A stretch of DNA of 64,000 bases from Dehalococcoidia bacterium (GCA_965222125.1 CBDCTC010000001.1:16731-80730), one strand, 5' to 3'. Positions 38,273-49,375 are shown, counted from the first letter of the stretch. Program-made: numbers and translations. Notes: generated by a model not told the origin, from the sequence alone.

Positions 38273-38626
38273 TTGGGAGGTTACAATCTGGTTGTGGGAG
38301 ACGTGTCGTTTCGTCTGGTCGCCCAATGCCGAAAGTGTCGAGTCAACGTAGCCGCCAAGGTGACGGATGAACGGGTCGAGGAAGTATGGTGCCCTTCCTG
38401 TGACGTTAAAGTCAGTGGGGATCGGTATCGGCAGCTACGGAAAGCGTATGGGCAGTATCTTGCCCTACGGGTTGCTGATGAGATGGTAGATGAGGCAGTA
38501 CGTAAGCCGTTCCGCGAAATGGCTAGAGCGTCGCCCATGATGACATATCACGAGGGTGATCGAGAACACAGGCTCGAACCCCAAGGGGACCTTATCTTCG
38601 TCGAGGAAGAAGTGGACGGCAATTAA
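38273..38626 (+). CDS. Hypothetical zinc-ribbon protein (visibly lower GC)
   Basis: CRKC and CPSC; stop codon abuts the IS end at 38628. Confidence 0.55.
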   Translation: MGGYNLVVGDVSFRLVAQCRKCRVNVAAKVTDERVEEVWCPSCDVKVSGDRYRQLRKAYGQYLALRVADEMVDEAVRKPFREMARASPMMTYHEGDREHRLEPQGDLIFVEEEVDGN

Positions 38627-38627
38627 G

Positions 38628-40351
38628 CCCGAATCCACCGATGGACATGGATGGACGGCGTGAGGACAGTGGAAGAGGAGTGAGGGAGTTACAGGGGCGA
38701 TGATCCGGGCTCGAATTCGGGTAGACGGGAGGTTGGCGGGGGGTCTGCAGGCGCTTTTGGGGGCGCCAATGGCGGTCTGCGATGGGCGCTGTGGGACAAG
38801 ATGAGGACAGAGGACGCGGCAAGAGGCGCTCGCGGACCAGGGTGGCGCGAGTTGGCGGGGACGTTCAGTTGGCCTGATGGCGGGTCAGTGGCAAACGGGC
38901 GCCGTCAGGTCGGGAGTGGAATGGCTCGCAATCGAGCCAGGGCGCGAGTGAACTGGGTTTCCCAGGGCCAGCCCTGTGGCAGATGCAAAGTGAGGCGGCG
39001 GGCCGAGCGGGTGAGCCGTCCGGCCAGGGAGAAGAAGCGCCGCCGGAGGGTCCTGGTGGTCACCACCCCCTCGCCCAGACCGATGCGGGCTGTCCAGCGG
39101 GCCAGGTTGTGGGCCATCACCTGGACCGCCAGCCAGGCGGCGTTGGCGGCGAAGCGGCCCGAGGGGAGATGGTTGAGTCCGACGCCGTACTTCAGGTCTC
39201 GGATGGCATTCTCGATCTCGGCGTGGCGGCGGTGGTCGGCCTCCAGTTCCAGGGTCTCCCCGTCCCGGTCGGTGATGAAGCCGTGATAGCTGTAGGTGGC
39301 GAAGAGGGCCAGTTGGGAACCGGGCGTGGGCTTCACCCGCCGCACGATGAGCCGTACCGGCGCGGCGTCGGGCTCACCCTGGAAGGGGGTGTAGGTGATC
39401 TCGGCCACATCGGCGGCGCCGTCCATCCAGTATGGGATGGGCGTCCAGTCCGCCTCGGGTATGGCCTCGATCAGGTTCCGCAGGCTTTTGTGCTGCCGGA
39501 TGGTGATGGAGAAGCGCACGTCCAGCTTGCGGCAGACGACGACCAGGGCGTGGGTGTAGAAGCCGCTGTCGGCCCGCACCGTGAGTTGTCCCCTGGCCCC
39601 GCCGTAGCGCACCCGCCCCACCGTTTCCCGCAGGAAGTGGGCGGCGCCGCGGGCGGTGTTGGCGCGGCCCTCACGCAGCCGGGCCATCAGCACGTCGCCG
39701 GTTCCGGCGGCAATGGCCAGCAGCGGGTGATAGCCCCGCTTGCCGGTATAGCCGTGGTGGCGGGCGCCCTCCTTGGCCAGTCCGTAGGTCTCGCAGATCG
39801 TCGAATCAAGGTCGATGGTGAACGGTGCGTCGCTGGGTCCGGCCCCAGCCGCCCAGGCCTGGGCCAGCAGCTCCCGGCTCACCCGGTCCAGTTGGCGGAC
39901 ATGGCCCCACCGGAAACTGCGCAGGAAGGTGCCCAGGGTGGAGGGCGCCTTGACCGTGCCGCCCAGGGTGCGGGCTGTCCCCCCGGTGCGCAACACATCG
40001 GCGTCGTCAATACAGTCGCCGCCAGCCAGCGCAGACGCAACCAGGGTCATCATCTTGTCGCCCGTGTTGGCCCGGCCCGGCGCATTGCCCAGGTCGAGGC
40101 ACTGCTGGACGAGTTGGGGCAGGCCGAGGCGCAGGGCGAGGGTGGCCGGAAGGAGCAGCCCGGCATTGGCCACCAGGCGGTGGTCGTCGAAGGCGATACG
40201 GATGCGGTCGGGGTGGTGGCGTGGTAGCATCTATTGGGTGCTCCTTTTCTGGGGTGGGTTTCGTGTTTCAAAACCATTATCCCAGATTCATGGGGGCACC
40301 CTCTCGCTTCTTCAAGGGCTGTCCCCAAGGCCCTCCTTCGGTGGATTCGGG
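38628..40351 (-). mobile_element. IS1380-family element type A, complete copy (1,724 bp)
   Basis: TIRs CCCGAATCCACCGA / TCGGTGGATTCGGG. No clean TSD (flanks TAAG / CTAA). Confidence 0.88.
38905..40230 (-). CDS. IS1380-family DDE transposase (type A)
   Basis: IDLDST, YHPLLA, LREGRANTA, VRADSGFY, HAEIENAIRDLK, LPSGRFAANAAW. Confidence 0.92.
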   Translation of the reverse strand: MLPRHHPDRIRIAFDDHRLVANAGLLLPATLALRLGLPQLVQQCLDLGNAPGRANTGDKMMTLVASALAGGDCIDDADVLRTGGTARTLGGTVKAPSTLGTFLRSFRWGHVRQLDRVSRELLAQAWAAGAGPSDAPFTIDLDSTICETYGLAKEGARHHGYTGKRGYHPLLAIAAGTGDVLMARLREGRANTARGAAHFLRETVGRVRYGGARGQLTVRADSGFYTHALVVVCRKLDVRFSITIRQHKSLRNLIEAIPEADWTPIPYWMDGAADVAEITYTPFQGEPDAAPVRLIVRRVKPTPGSQLALFATYSYHGFITDRDGETLELEADHRRHAEIENAIRDLKYGVGLNHLPSGRFAANAAWLAVQVMAHNLARWTARIGLGEGVVTTRTLRRRFFSLAGRLTRSARRLTLHLPQGWPWETQFTRALARLRAIPLPT

Positions 40352-40432
40352 CTAACGTGGCCATGTCCAAATGCCTTGACGCCCTATCTCCCTTTGGTGA
40401 TACGGTAAGGCTATTCCAATAAGGAGGCAGTC

Positions 40433-40966
40433 ATGCAAGCGACAAAAGTCATCGGCCTACTAACTGCGGTATTCATGGCGACGTTCCTCTTTGGAGGGTT
40501 GGTGTACGCCGAGCCCCCTGTCGGTGGGGAACCGCAGGGAGATGACCAGGGCGAGATCGCGCCGGTCGTACCGGAGGGTAATGACGACGTGGCCGCGGAC
40601 GAGTCGTCATGGTCGTGTTATGCGAAGATCGATAATCCTCACTACTCGGGACACGCTGCGAACCGTGGTGAGGACAAGGTCAACGTGGTCGGCCGGGTCA
40701 ATTGCACGGAGATAATGTCTCTCATTCAGATGAGGGTGACGCTCCACACAAAGACGTGTGTCCTCAAGATTTTCTGCACGACGGAGCAGGTCGCGGATTC
40801 CACTTGGATTCGTCACTTTGCGACGAACCGGATGACGATGAACGCGGATACTCTGTGTGTGGAGAACAGGTACTTTGGCCGGATGAGCGTCTACGTGGCC
40901 GGCTACGATGGGGCTGTCGGCGAGAAAGCATTTATCTCGAATACAGTCCAAGTGACCTGTGGCTAG
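40433..40966 (+). CDS. Secreted hypothetical protein
   Basis: Signal peptide ending LVYA-EPP, acidic linker, six Cys. RBS AGGAGG. Confidence 0.7.
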   Translation: MQATKVIGLLTAVFMATFLFGGLVYAEPPVGGEPQGDDQGEIAPVVPEGNDDVAADESSWSCYAKIDNPHYSGHAANRGEDKVNVVGRVNCTEIMSLIQMRVTLHTKTCVLKIFCTTEQVADSTWIRHFATNRMTMNADTLCVENRYFGRMSVYVAGYDGAVGEKAFISNTVQVTCG

Positions 40967-41157
40967 GGACGAAATCTGTCCTCGGTGCGGGGTGGTGGTG
41001 ACCGGTCGAGGCGGGACGATCTCACCAGGTATGCGTCAGCGTGACTTTGTTGAGTGCGGAAGTTGTGGTTGGCGCAGGTACACGGAGTGGTGGTGGGAGC
41101 GTTTGTTCAGGCGGTTAGGTTTTTAGTATAAGCCTCGACGAAACCCCCGCTCACATG

Positions 41158-43058
41158 GCCAAAACCCCCACCTGACATTGTTGGGAGCTGCTTGGTGTGC
41201 TTTCAGGGGGTGTCCGGATGTCGACTTGGGGTGACGCATGACATGATCGGCATCGGACAGGGTCTCGGGTGCCGTCTTTGAGGGTATCGGCAGCGGTTCG
41301 CTGCCAATTGTGGCTGTTGTCAGGCCGAAGAAGGCATGGCCCAGCCTGGCAACTCGGCAGAGTCGCCTACAAACCGATGCTCCAGGCAGGGTCGCCTATG
41401 CCCGATACGGCTCGGCAGCCAGCGCCAATATCCTCTGCCGCGCCCTGAGCAGCAACTCGTATGAGGGATGGCCACGGGCAAGACGGATGATCAACCTCCT
41501 GGCGTGACGCACCACACGGCCCGGTAGGGCGATCAGGGCGAAACGCACCGCCTTGAGACGCTTGCCCACCCACTGTCCGCCCAACACCAGCCGCTTCATG
41601 GCAGAGTTCAAAGCCTGCCCCGTAGCCCCATACGGGGTTGAAGGCCAACACTGCTATCGCCCACCATGCTGCGTTGGCTCCGAACAGCCCCGACGGAAGC
41701 CTGCCCCCGGCAAGGTCACTCTTGAGGACGCCGTGGACCTCCTCGCCCTTGCCACATCTCTGCCTCGACCACCAGATCAACTCATCTCCCGCAATGCTCC
41801 GGTTGGTCACCACTCCGAAGACCTTGTACCAGCCTCTGTTGGACAACTCCATCGCGGGGAACGGAAGCTCCATCTGCCCCTCCATTCCCGGCAGAGGCTG
41901 TTCGATCAACCGCTCCCTGGTAGCTATGAACCGATACTCAGGGCTGTTCTTGGAGTGCCCTATCCAGTTGGGCACGAAGTTCACATCAGCCCACTGCTGA
42001 CCCGTGTCCACACGATGCTCCCCAACCTTGCGGTACAGCGTCTGCCAGTCTTGCTCGGCGACCTCGGACACCGCACGGCGGAACTCCGTCGTCACGTCGA
42101 CCCCAACCGCGAACTCAATCACCCCGAACCGCTCGTCTCTGCCCTCCGCGCAGTACCGCAGCAACTCCCGCTGGTACCCCGCCGTATCCGACCTCAGCAT
42201 CACCTTCTCCACCCCCGCAGGCAGACGGCCCAGCCCTTCAATCAACACTCGTAACTGCTGATGGCCCGCCGGTACATTGCCGTCCCGAAACTCCGAATGC
42301 ACAATCTGGTCGGCCTCTGCCCAGTAGGTGGTCAGCGGCTGGTAGGCCCTGTACTTGTTGTAGCTGTGGAGCGCCTCCTGCTTGTGTGTCTCCACCAGAC
42401 AGGCGTCCATGTCCAGTGTGGCCTCTCTCTGAGGCGAACGGCTCTGCACGAAGCCCACCAGGTCGGCGTTCACCTTCCCCAGACCCTCCATAGCTCCGTT
42501 GGGAGCAGGTATGAATGCTCTGTGAGCTTGCCGCATCGCCTCCTCGCCCGCGTCATGGAACCTCTCCAGATACCGGAACACCGCAGACTCCGACGGCACG
42601 CTCCGACGACGCTCGACTCGCCATCTCGCCTTCAGCGCCCTGCGCTCCCTACTACCCATCCCCCAGGTCTCGGCATGGCGAAGTACCCTGCACAAACCTG
42701 CGTCCTTCTCAAGGAGATCAAGGTCGGACACCGACTCGCCGCCTGCCAAGTTCAGCAGTATCAGCGACGTGATTATCTGGCTGTCCGTCCAGCCCTGACC
42801 ACACTCCCGCAGTCTCACGTGGCGTTCCACCGACGACCTCAAACCCGCTGCTTGCATCAACTCCAGGTACGTCATCAGCCCGGACAGTCCCGTCATACCT
42901 GTCGAGCCCTTCTCCTGCTCGTACTGGAATGCCAGTAAGCCTTGCTTCATAATAGATGCACCTCGTTGGTGATCGGTTCGTTTGCTCAACAACCATCTTA
43001 GCCCGCATCGCGTCGGGCTCCAACGAGGTCTTCCTCTTATCTAGGTGGGGAATCTGGG
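41158..43058 (-). mobile_element. IS1380-family element type B, copy 1 (1,901 bp), transposase frameshifted by a 25-bp insertion
   Basis: Ends GCCAAAACCCCCACCT / AGGTGGGGAATCTGGG; 1,876+25 bp. CDS from ~42950 shifts frame at 41612-41636. No TSD (CATG / TCAC). Confidence 0.9.
41612..41636. repeat. 25-bp REP-like palindromic insertion
   Basis: AGCCTGCCCCGTAGCCCCATACGGG present in B1, absent from B2 and B3 at GAGTTCAA^GTTGAAGG. Confidence 0.9.
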
Positions 43059-43532
43059 TCACCCGGTCCAGTTGACGGACGTGGCCCCAGCGAAAACTGC
43101 GCAGGAAGGTGCCCAGGGTGGATGGCGCCTTGATCGTGCCGCCCAGGATGCGGGCCGTCCCCCCGGCGCGCAGCGCATCGGCGTCGTCGATGCAGTCGCC
43201 GCCCGCCAGCGCGGAAGCGACCAGCGTCAGTATCTTGTCCCCCGTGTTGGCCCGCCCCGGCGCGACGCCCAGGTTGAGGTGATGGTCGACGAGTTCCCGC
43301 AGGCCCAGGTGCTGGGCGAGGGTGGCCGGAAGGAGCAGCCCGGCATTGGCCACCAGGCGGTGGTCGTCGAAAGAGACACGGATGCGGTCGGGGTGGTGGC
43401 GTGGTAGCATCTATTGGGTGCTCCTTGTTCTGGGGTCGGTTTGCTGTTACAAAACCATTATCCCAGATTCATGGGGGCACCCTCTCGCTTCTTCAAGGGC
43501 TGTCCCCAAGGCCCTCCTTCGGTGGATTCGGG
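43059..43532 (-). mobile_element. IS1380 type A, 5' fragment (truncated by type B copy 1)
   Basis: TIR TCGGTGGATTCGGG ends 43532. Transposase start 43410 reads MLPRHHPDRIRVSFDD...QLDRV, then type-B sequence. Confidence 0.88.
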
Positions 43533-44191
43533 GTAAACAAGCGCGACGGTCTGCCTGACGTCTGGTCCCGCTGTTGACGCTGCGGGAAAGAGGTCACGAG
43601 ATACAGACTTTGGACGCAGTCGGGCGTGAGAATAGGCTTTCGGGCCAGCCCAGGCCGAGTAAATCGGGTCCGGCTGGTCGGCAGCATATCCCATCACAAC
43701 GAAGGACTTACCGTTCTACGTTGGCCGTGCCGACCTGCTCACCGTTCAGTCGTCATGGCTGATGCGGTCGTTGTTGCGCAACCCCATGGTCGGATTCAAC
43801 AGCGTCGTGGCGATCTTGGTCCTCACCAGGCGGCTGTCGCGGTCTACCGATAGCGCGACGCCCACAAGCTCAACGTGAGTTGGAGCGAACCTAGCCAGGA
43901 AGACGGAATTCGTCTATGTAGAGGCCGTCTCAGAAGTCAATCGCCGCCCAAAACCGTCCTCTGGGGATTCCTGCTGTCGTGGGACTGATGAGACTTTAGG
44001 CCGTATTACGCACCAATACATCGTATCAACGTCTGCAATCGTCATACCGGTCTTGGCGTAAATCAAGGATGGTGATTTATGAGACAGGCTCTGTACCGAA
44101 CATTTCAGTTGACGGCCATGGGGCCCTTCGCTACCATCGCGGCGGATGACATACCATAGAGATGACATACCATAGAGAGGAGTTGAAGGCG

Positions 44192-44767
44192 ATGAAATAC
44201 AGCTTCGACGTAGGGCCGGAGGGATGGTGCTCCTACGATTACCACGGCTGCGTACGTGCGGGCCGAAACATCTTCATTCTCGCTGTATGGCAGCGTAGCG
44301 GCGGAGTCGACGACGGCGGATACATATGGAGCGACGAGCACGGCTGGAGCGCCGACACGCCCGAGAACCCTATATCGGTGTTCCCATTCACCCTCAAGAG
44401 AAACTGGATCGGCGGCGGCCCCATAGACCTTCGAAACGCGGAGGTATCCGTCTACCTGCGCGGCGATGGCCTGCAGTTGCACGGCGGACAGTGCTACTTC
44501 CATATACTGAGCAACGGAACGAGCTGGCACTACAACAGCCATCCTCTGGAGATCGGCGACGGCAGATGGCCATCGCGGCCCAACAGGTTCATTCTCAAAG
44601 ACGACGAGTCCCTCTGGCATCGGGCCTGGGCCTCGGACCCGTCAAAGGCCCGCGGCGTAGGCGAGGTGCTCGCGGAGTGCACCAGCTTCGCCGTTAAGCT
44701 CGCGGGATTCACGTCCGTGCCCTCCGGCAAGATCGCGATGGACGAGCTTGAGATCAAGCTGGCGTAG
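44192..44767 (+). CDS. Hypothetical protein, aromatic-rich beta fold (carbohydrate-binding-like, tentative)
   Basis: Open frame with RBS GAGGAG before ATG 44192; FDVGPEGW start, IDLRNAEVSVYLRG, MDELEI end. Confidence 0.6.
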   Translation: MKYSFDVGPEGWCSYDYHGCVRAGRNIFILAVWQRSGGVDDGGYIWSDEHGWSADTPENPISVFPFTLKRNWIGGGPIDLRNAEVSVYLRGDGLQLHGGQCYFHILSNGTSWHYNSHPLEIGDGRWPSRPNRFILKDDESLWHRAWASDPSKARGVGEVLAECTSFAVKLAGFTSVPSGKIAMDELEIKLA

Positions 44768-45038
44768 CTTCTCCTCTGCGAACCGCGGAGCGACGAGGTT
44801 GCCTGCAGGTCATTCAGCCACCCCATAGGCATTGCAGGCTGCGACCTTCGTCGGTGCCGTGTTGTTCGGACGGCCCGTAGGATGGCCACGGCCGATCAGG
44901 AAGGTGTCACCGGCGTGGCCCGGTTTGGACAGAGAAGCGGGAGCAGGCGATTCTGTCATCACCGCCCCTTACGAGTTGGAAGTTGGCGACGCCCGCACCG
45001 GTGCGCGATGTCCGCGCGGGAGGATGGGAAATAAGCAG

Positions 45039-45795
45039 ATGTCTTATCGCGAGTCCGTGAAGACGGCGTTCGTCGCGGTGGCGCCGCTGGCCAGCGCAGT
45101 GGTGGCGTGCTCGAGCCGCGACGATAAAGTGGATGCGCAGGCTGCGACCGAATTGCAGGCACCGGCGTCCGGCCCTACAGCATTCGTCTCAGGCACTTCG
45201 GCAGCCGCTGACGATGGGGCCGCCGGCCAGTAAGGTAGAACACGATCTTGCCCAGCAGTTCGATCTGAGTATTGAGATGACCAGCTCGGAATTCAGTGAG
45301 ATAAAGCGTATACCCAAGAAGTATGGCTGCGAACAGGAGGACGTGTCGCCGCCCATAGCATGGACGGACGTTCCTGAGGGCACCGTCTCCCTCGCCCTGT
45401 TGGTCGACAGCGATCAGATCCCCGGACCCCGCTTGGTACATTCGCTGTTGTGGGGCATTTCACCGAATGCCACGGAGTTGCCGGAGGCCGTACCCAACGG
45501 GCCGGAGGCGCCGACGATCGGCCCAACGGCAAGGATGGGGATCAACAGCGACGAAAAGGTCGGATGGTCGGGCCCCTGCCCGGAGCCTGTGATTTTCAGG
45601 ACTACCAGCGATCCCTACCCGAAAGGCGAGACCCTTGTGAAACGCTACTCCTTCAGCCTTTTCGCGCTCGACACTAATATCGATTTGGGTCCGGAGGCTA
45701 CGAAAGAAGTCCTGCTTCGGGCCATAGACGGCCGCATTTTGGCTGGCGGCCAGCTGACGGGCGAGCAGGTGGGCAAGATCTTGCGTCAACGGTGA
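45039..45795 (+). pseudogene. YbhB/YbcL lipoprotein paralog 2, frameshifted after the signal/linker
   Basis: Lipobox AVVAC frame stops at TAA 45231-45233. PEBP domain (RIPKKYGC, GWSGPCP, FSLFALD) is in the other frame. Confidence 0.75.
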
Positions 45796-45921
45796 TCGCC
45801 GCTAGGCGGCGTGTGGTCTCCCGATCTGTCCGACACTATCAGGATTGAAAGCGTCTCTCTCATAGCTTTGCCGGTCCTTCCCCACCGAGCGATGACGCTT
45901 GTTCCAGAAAGTGAGGAACGT

Positions 45922-47300
45922 ATGACCTCTCCAAAGTTTCGAGAACGGCGTGTCGCGGCCACGGGCCGCAGGACCACGTCGCATCTGGATGCAACGCCGA
46001 TACGAGAAGCCAAAGACGAGGACCCGAGCAACCTCGGTCTCGCCGGATACGCCAAGGTACTCTGCTCTGCCATTTTCATCACAGGCCATGCAGAGGAATT
46101 CGCACGGGACCATGCCCGTCGCGTAGCAACGAGCTTGATGCATCTTCCTGAGAAGGACGTCGATGATCTGACCTACGAGATCGACTACAAGGACAAGCTC
46201 GTCCAAGCGTCGCTGGGCGAGCATCTCACGCGGAAAGCTGGGTACTACGGAGATCAGGGATCTATTGCTCACCCCGAAGACCACGACGGCATCTTCTTCC
46301 AGCCCGTGCCTGTCGAAACGAGTCTGCCAGATAAAAAGACTGTGCCCTGGCCCATGGGAGACTTACTGCCGGAGGAGCCTCTGCCCCGGGAGGTCGATGC
46401 CGTCAAGCTGCAAGCCGCCATCGACCTCGCCTTCGTTGGGCCGTCACGAGTGTCCGCAGTCGTCGTTCTGTACCAAGGAAGACTGGTAGCCGAATGATAC
46501 GCGTCGTGGGCGTCGGACGACACGCTTCTCGAGAACTGGTCTATGGGCAAGAGCCTTACGGCCACGCTCGTTGGACGGCTGATGCAGGATGGCCACTTCG
46601 CGGTCGACGACCCCGCACCCGTTCCCGAGTGGCAAACCGAGGGGAAGGTGGTCCGTGACGACTATCCCGACCACTATTACGTCTACTCAGGTGCCATGGA
46701 CGTGTTTCGCTACGTAGTGAGCCGGCCACTCCTTTACGAACCAAACACTGTGGGCCGGTACCGCAACGTGGACCCCCTGACGCTCGGCTACATCGTCCGG
46801 CGTACGGTCGAGGGCCGGGGCGAGGCTTATATATCCTACCCACAGCGAGCCCTGTTCGACGAGATCGGAATCCGAAAGCTGGTCCTCGAGACCGATCCGT
46901 ACGGCAATTCCATCTCTTCTGGTTATGAACTCGGTACGGCGCGCGACTGGGCTCGCATCGGGCTGCTGTACCTCCAGAACGGCGTCTGGCAGGGAAGTCG
47001 TCTGCTACCCGAGGGGTTCGTCGATTTCGTACGAACCCCGGCCCCTGCCTGGGCGAACGAGGAAGGCAGCAAGAGCGTTCCGAGATACGGTGGGATGTGG
47101 TGGTTGAAGACGACCGGAAACTGGGACGCGCCCTACGACGCGTACTATGCCGCCGGCGCCGGGGGCCAGACCACCCTTGTCATTCCGTCTCGCGACATCG
47201 TGATTGTGCGGCTCACCGACTACGATTCGGGCGTTCCGGGAGTAAGCAAGAACAAGACCAACGAGGCTATCAAAGCCATCCTCGCGTCCATTGACGCCCC
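45922..47300 (+). pseudogene. Serine hydrolase (beta-lactamase class C-like) with nonsense codon; 3' end approximate
   Basis: GRLVAE*YA (TGA 46495-46497, in frame), then WSMGKS (SxxK), YRNVD, ARDWARIGLLYLQNGVW, AAGAGGQ. Confidence 0.8.
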
Positions 47301-47470
47301 TTGGGACACGGCAGTCCCACAAGGTGAAGTTGGCCGCGCGGACCGGTCGTTTCGACGTGATATTCCCGGCCCGGCTCGACGCAGCTCTTTTGCACCCCTG
47401 TCACTCCGGAAGAGGGGGCTGGCCTGCGTCGTCATAGGACGGCGGCCTAGATGTCAAGGGGGGAGCGATC

Positions 47471-49346
47471 CCCAGATTCCCCACCTAGATAAGAGGAAGA
47501 CCTCGTTGGAGCCCGACGCGATGCGGGCTAAGATGGTTGTTGAGCAAACGAACCGATCACCAACGAGGTGCAGCTATTATGAAGCAAGGCTTACTGGCAT
47601 TCCAGTACGAGCAGGAGAAGGGCTCGACAGGTATGACGGGACTGTCCGGGCTGATGACGTACCTGGAGTTGATGCAAGCAGCGGGTTTGAGGTCGTCGGT
47701 GGAACGCCACGTGAGACTGCGGGAGTGTGGTCAGGGCTGGACGGACAGCCAGATAATCACGTCGCTGATACTGCTGAACTTGGCAGGCGGCGAGTCGGTG
47801 ATGGACCTGGAGGTTCTGGAGAAGGACGCAGGTTTGTGCAGGGTACTTCGCCATGCCGAGACCTGGGGGATGGGTAGTAGGGAGCGCAGGGCGCTGAAGG
47901 CGAGATGGCGAGTCGAGCGTCTTCGGAGCGTGCCGTCGGAGTCTGCGGTATTCCGGTATCTGGAGAGGTTCCATGACGCGGGCGAGGAGGCGATGCGGCA
48001 AGCTCACAGAGCATTCATACCTGCTCCCAACGGAGCTATGGAGGGTCTGGGGAAGGTGAACGCCGACCTGGTGGGCTTCGTGCAGAGCCGTTCGCCTCAG
48101 AGAGAGGCCACTCTGGACATGGACGCCTGTCTGGTGGAGACACACAAGCAGGAGGCGCTCCCCAGCTACAAGAAGTACAGGGCCTACCAGCCGCTGACCA
48201 CCTACTGGGCAGAGGCCGACCAGATTGTGCATTCTGAGTTTCGGGACGGCAATGTACCGGCGGGCCATCAGCAGTTGCGAGTGTTGATTGAAGGGCTGGG
48301 CCGTCTGCCTGCGGGGGTGGAGAAGGTGATGCTGAGGTCTGACACGGCGGGGTACCAGCGGGAGTTGCTGCGGTACTGCGCGGAGGGTAGAGACGAGCGG
48401 TTCGGGGTGATTGAGTTCGCGGTTGGGGTCGACGTGACGACGGAGTTCCGCCGTGCGGTGTCCGAGGTCGCCGAGCAAGACTGGCAGACGCTGTACCGCA
48501 AGGTTGGGGAGCATCGTGTGGACACGGGTCAGCAGTGGGCTGATGTGAACTTCGTGCCCAACTGGATAGGGCACTCCAAAAACAGCCCTGAGTATCGGTT
48601 CATAGCTACCAGGGAGCGGTTGATCGAACAGCCTCTGCCGGGGATGGAGGGGCAGATGGAGCTTCCGTTCCCCGCGATGGAGCTGTCCAACAGAGGCTGG
48701 TACAAGGTCTTCGGAGTGGTGACCAACCGGAGCATTGCGGGAGATGAGTTGATCTGGTGGTCGAGGCAGAGATGTGGCAAGGGCGAGGAGGTCCACGGCG
48801 TCCTCAAGAGTGACCTTGCCGGGGGCAGGCTTCCGTCGGGGCTGTTCGGAGCCAACGCAGCATGGTGGGCGATAGCAGTGTTGGCCTTCAACTTGAACTC
48901 TGCCATGAAGCGGCTGGTGTTGGGCGGACAGTGGGTGGGCAAGCGTCTCAAGGCGGTGCGCTTCGCCCTGATCGCCCTACCGGGCCGTGTGGTGCGTCAC
49001 GCCAGGAGGTTGATCATCCGTCTTGCCCGTGGCCATCCCTCATACGAGTTGCTGCTCAGGGCGCGGCAGAGGATATTGGCGCTGGCTGCCGAGCCGTATC
49101 GGGCATAGGCGACCCTGCCTGGAGCATCGGTTTGTAGGCGACTCTGCCGAGTTGCCAGGCCGGGCCATGCCTTCTTCGGCCTGACAACAGCCACAATTGG
49201 CAGCGAACCGCTGCCGATACCCTCAAAGACGGCACCCGAGACCCTGTCCGATGCCGATCATGTCATGCGTCACCCCAAGTCGACACCCGGACACCCCCTG
49301 AAAGCACACGAAACAACTCCCAACCATGTCAGGTGGGGGATTTGGG
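47471..49346 (+). mobile_element. IS1380-family element type B, copy 2 (1,876 bp, intact)
   Basis: TIRs CCCAGATTCCCCACCT / AGGTGGGGGATTTGGG; 4-bp TSD GATC. Confidence 0.93.
47579..49108 (+). CDS. IS1380-family DDE transposase (type B)
   Basis: TLDMDA, YQPL, EFRDGNVPA, LRSDTAGY, EEVHGVLKSDL, LPSGLFGANAAW. RBS GAGGTG. Confidence 0.92.
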   Translation: MKQGLLAFQYEQEKGSTGMTGLSGLMTYLELMQAAGLRSSVERHVRLRECGQGWTDSQIITSLILLNLAGGESVMDLEVLEKDAGLCRVLRHAETWGMGSRERRALKARWRVERLRSVPSESAVFRYLERFHDAGEEAMRQAHRAFIPAPNGAMEGLGKVNADLVGFVQSRSPQREATLDMDACLVETHKQEALPSYKKYRAYQPLTTYWAEADQIVHSEFRDGNVPAGHQQLRVLIEGLGRLPAGVEKVMLRSDTAGYQRELLRYCAEGRDERFGVIEFAVGVDVTTEFRRAVSEVAEQDWQTLYRKVGEHRVDTGQQWADVNFVPNWIGHSKNSPEYRFIATRERLIEQPLPGMEGQMELPFPAMELSNRGWYKVFGVVTNRSIAGDELIWWSRQRCGKGEEVHGVLKSDLAGGRLPSGLFGANAAWWAIAVLAFNLNSAMKRLVLGGQWVGKRLKAVRFALIALPGRVVRHARRLIIRLARGHPSYELLLRARQRILALAAEPYRA

Positions 49347-49375
49347 GATCTTAGGCCACGCGGCGGAGCAAAAGT

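Noticed and set aside
38391-38400. GCCCTTCCTG matching the att-like site at 50883 as the island left end
   Set aside because: Only 10 bp, inside a CPSC codon run and lacks GGGCACCA; likely chance.
43740-44168. Possible minus-strand gene with an internal TAG at 43914
   Set aside because: No recognisable motif or RBS; cannot be distinguished from decayed island DNA.
46495-46540. Selenocysteine readthrough of the in-frame TGA
   Set aside because: Position corresponds to Arg in the AERY motif, not Cys; the downstream hairpin is unremarkable for this GC content and the gene has other damage.
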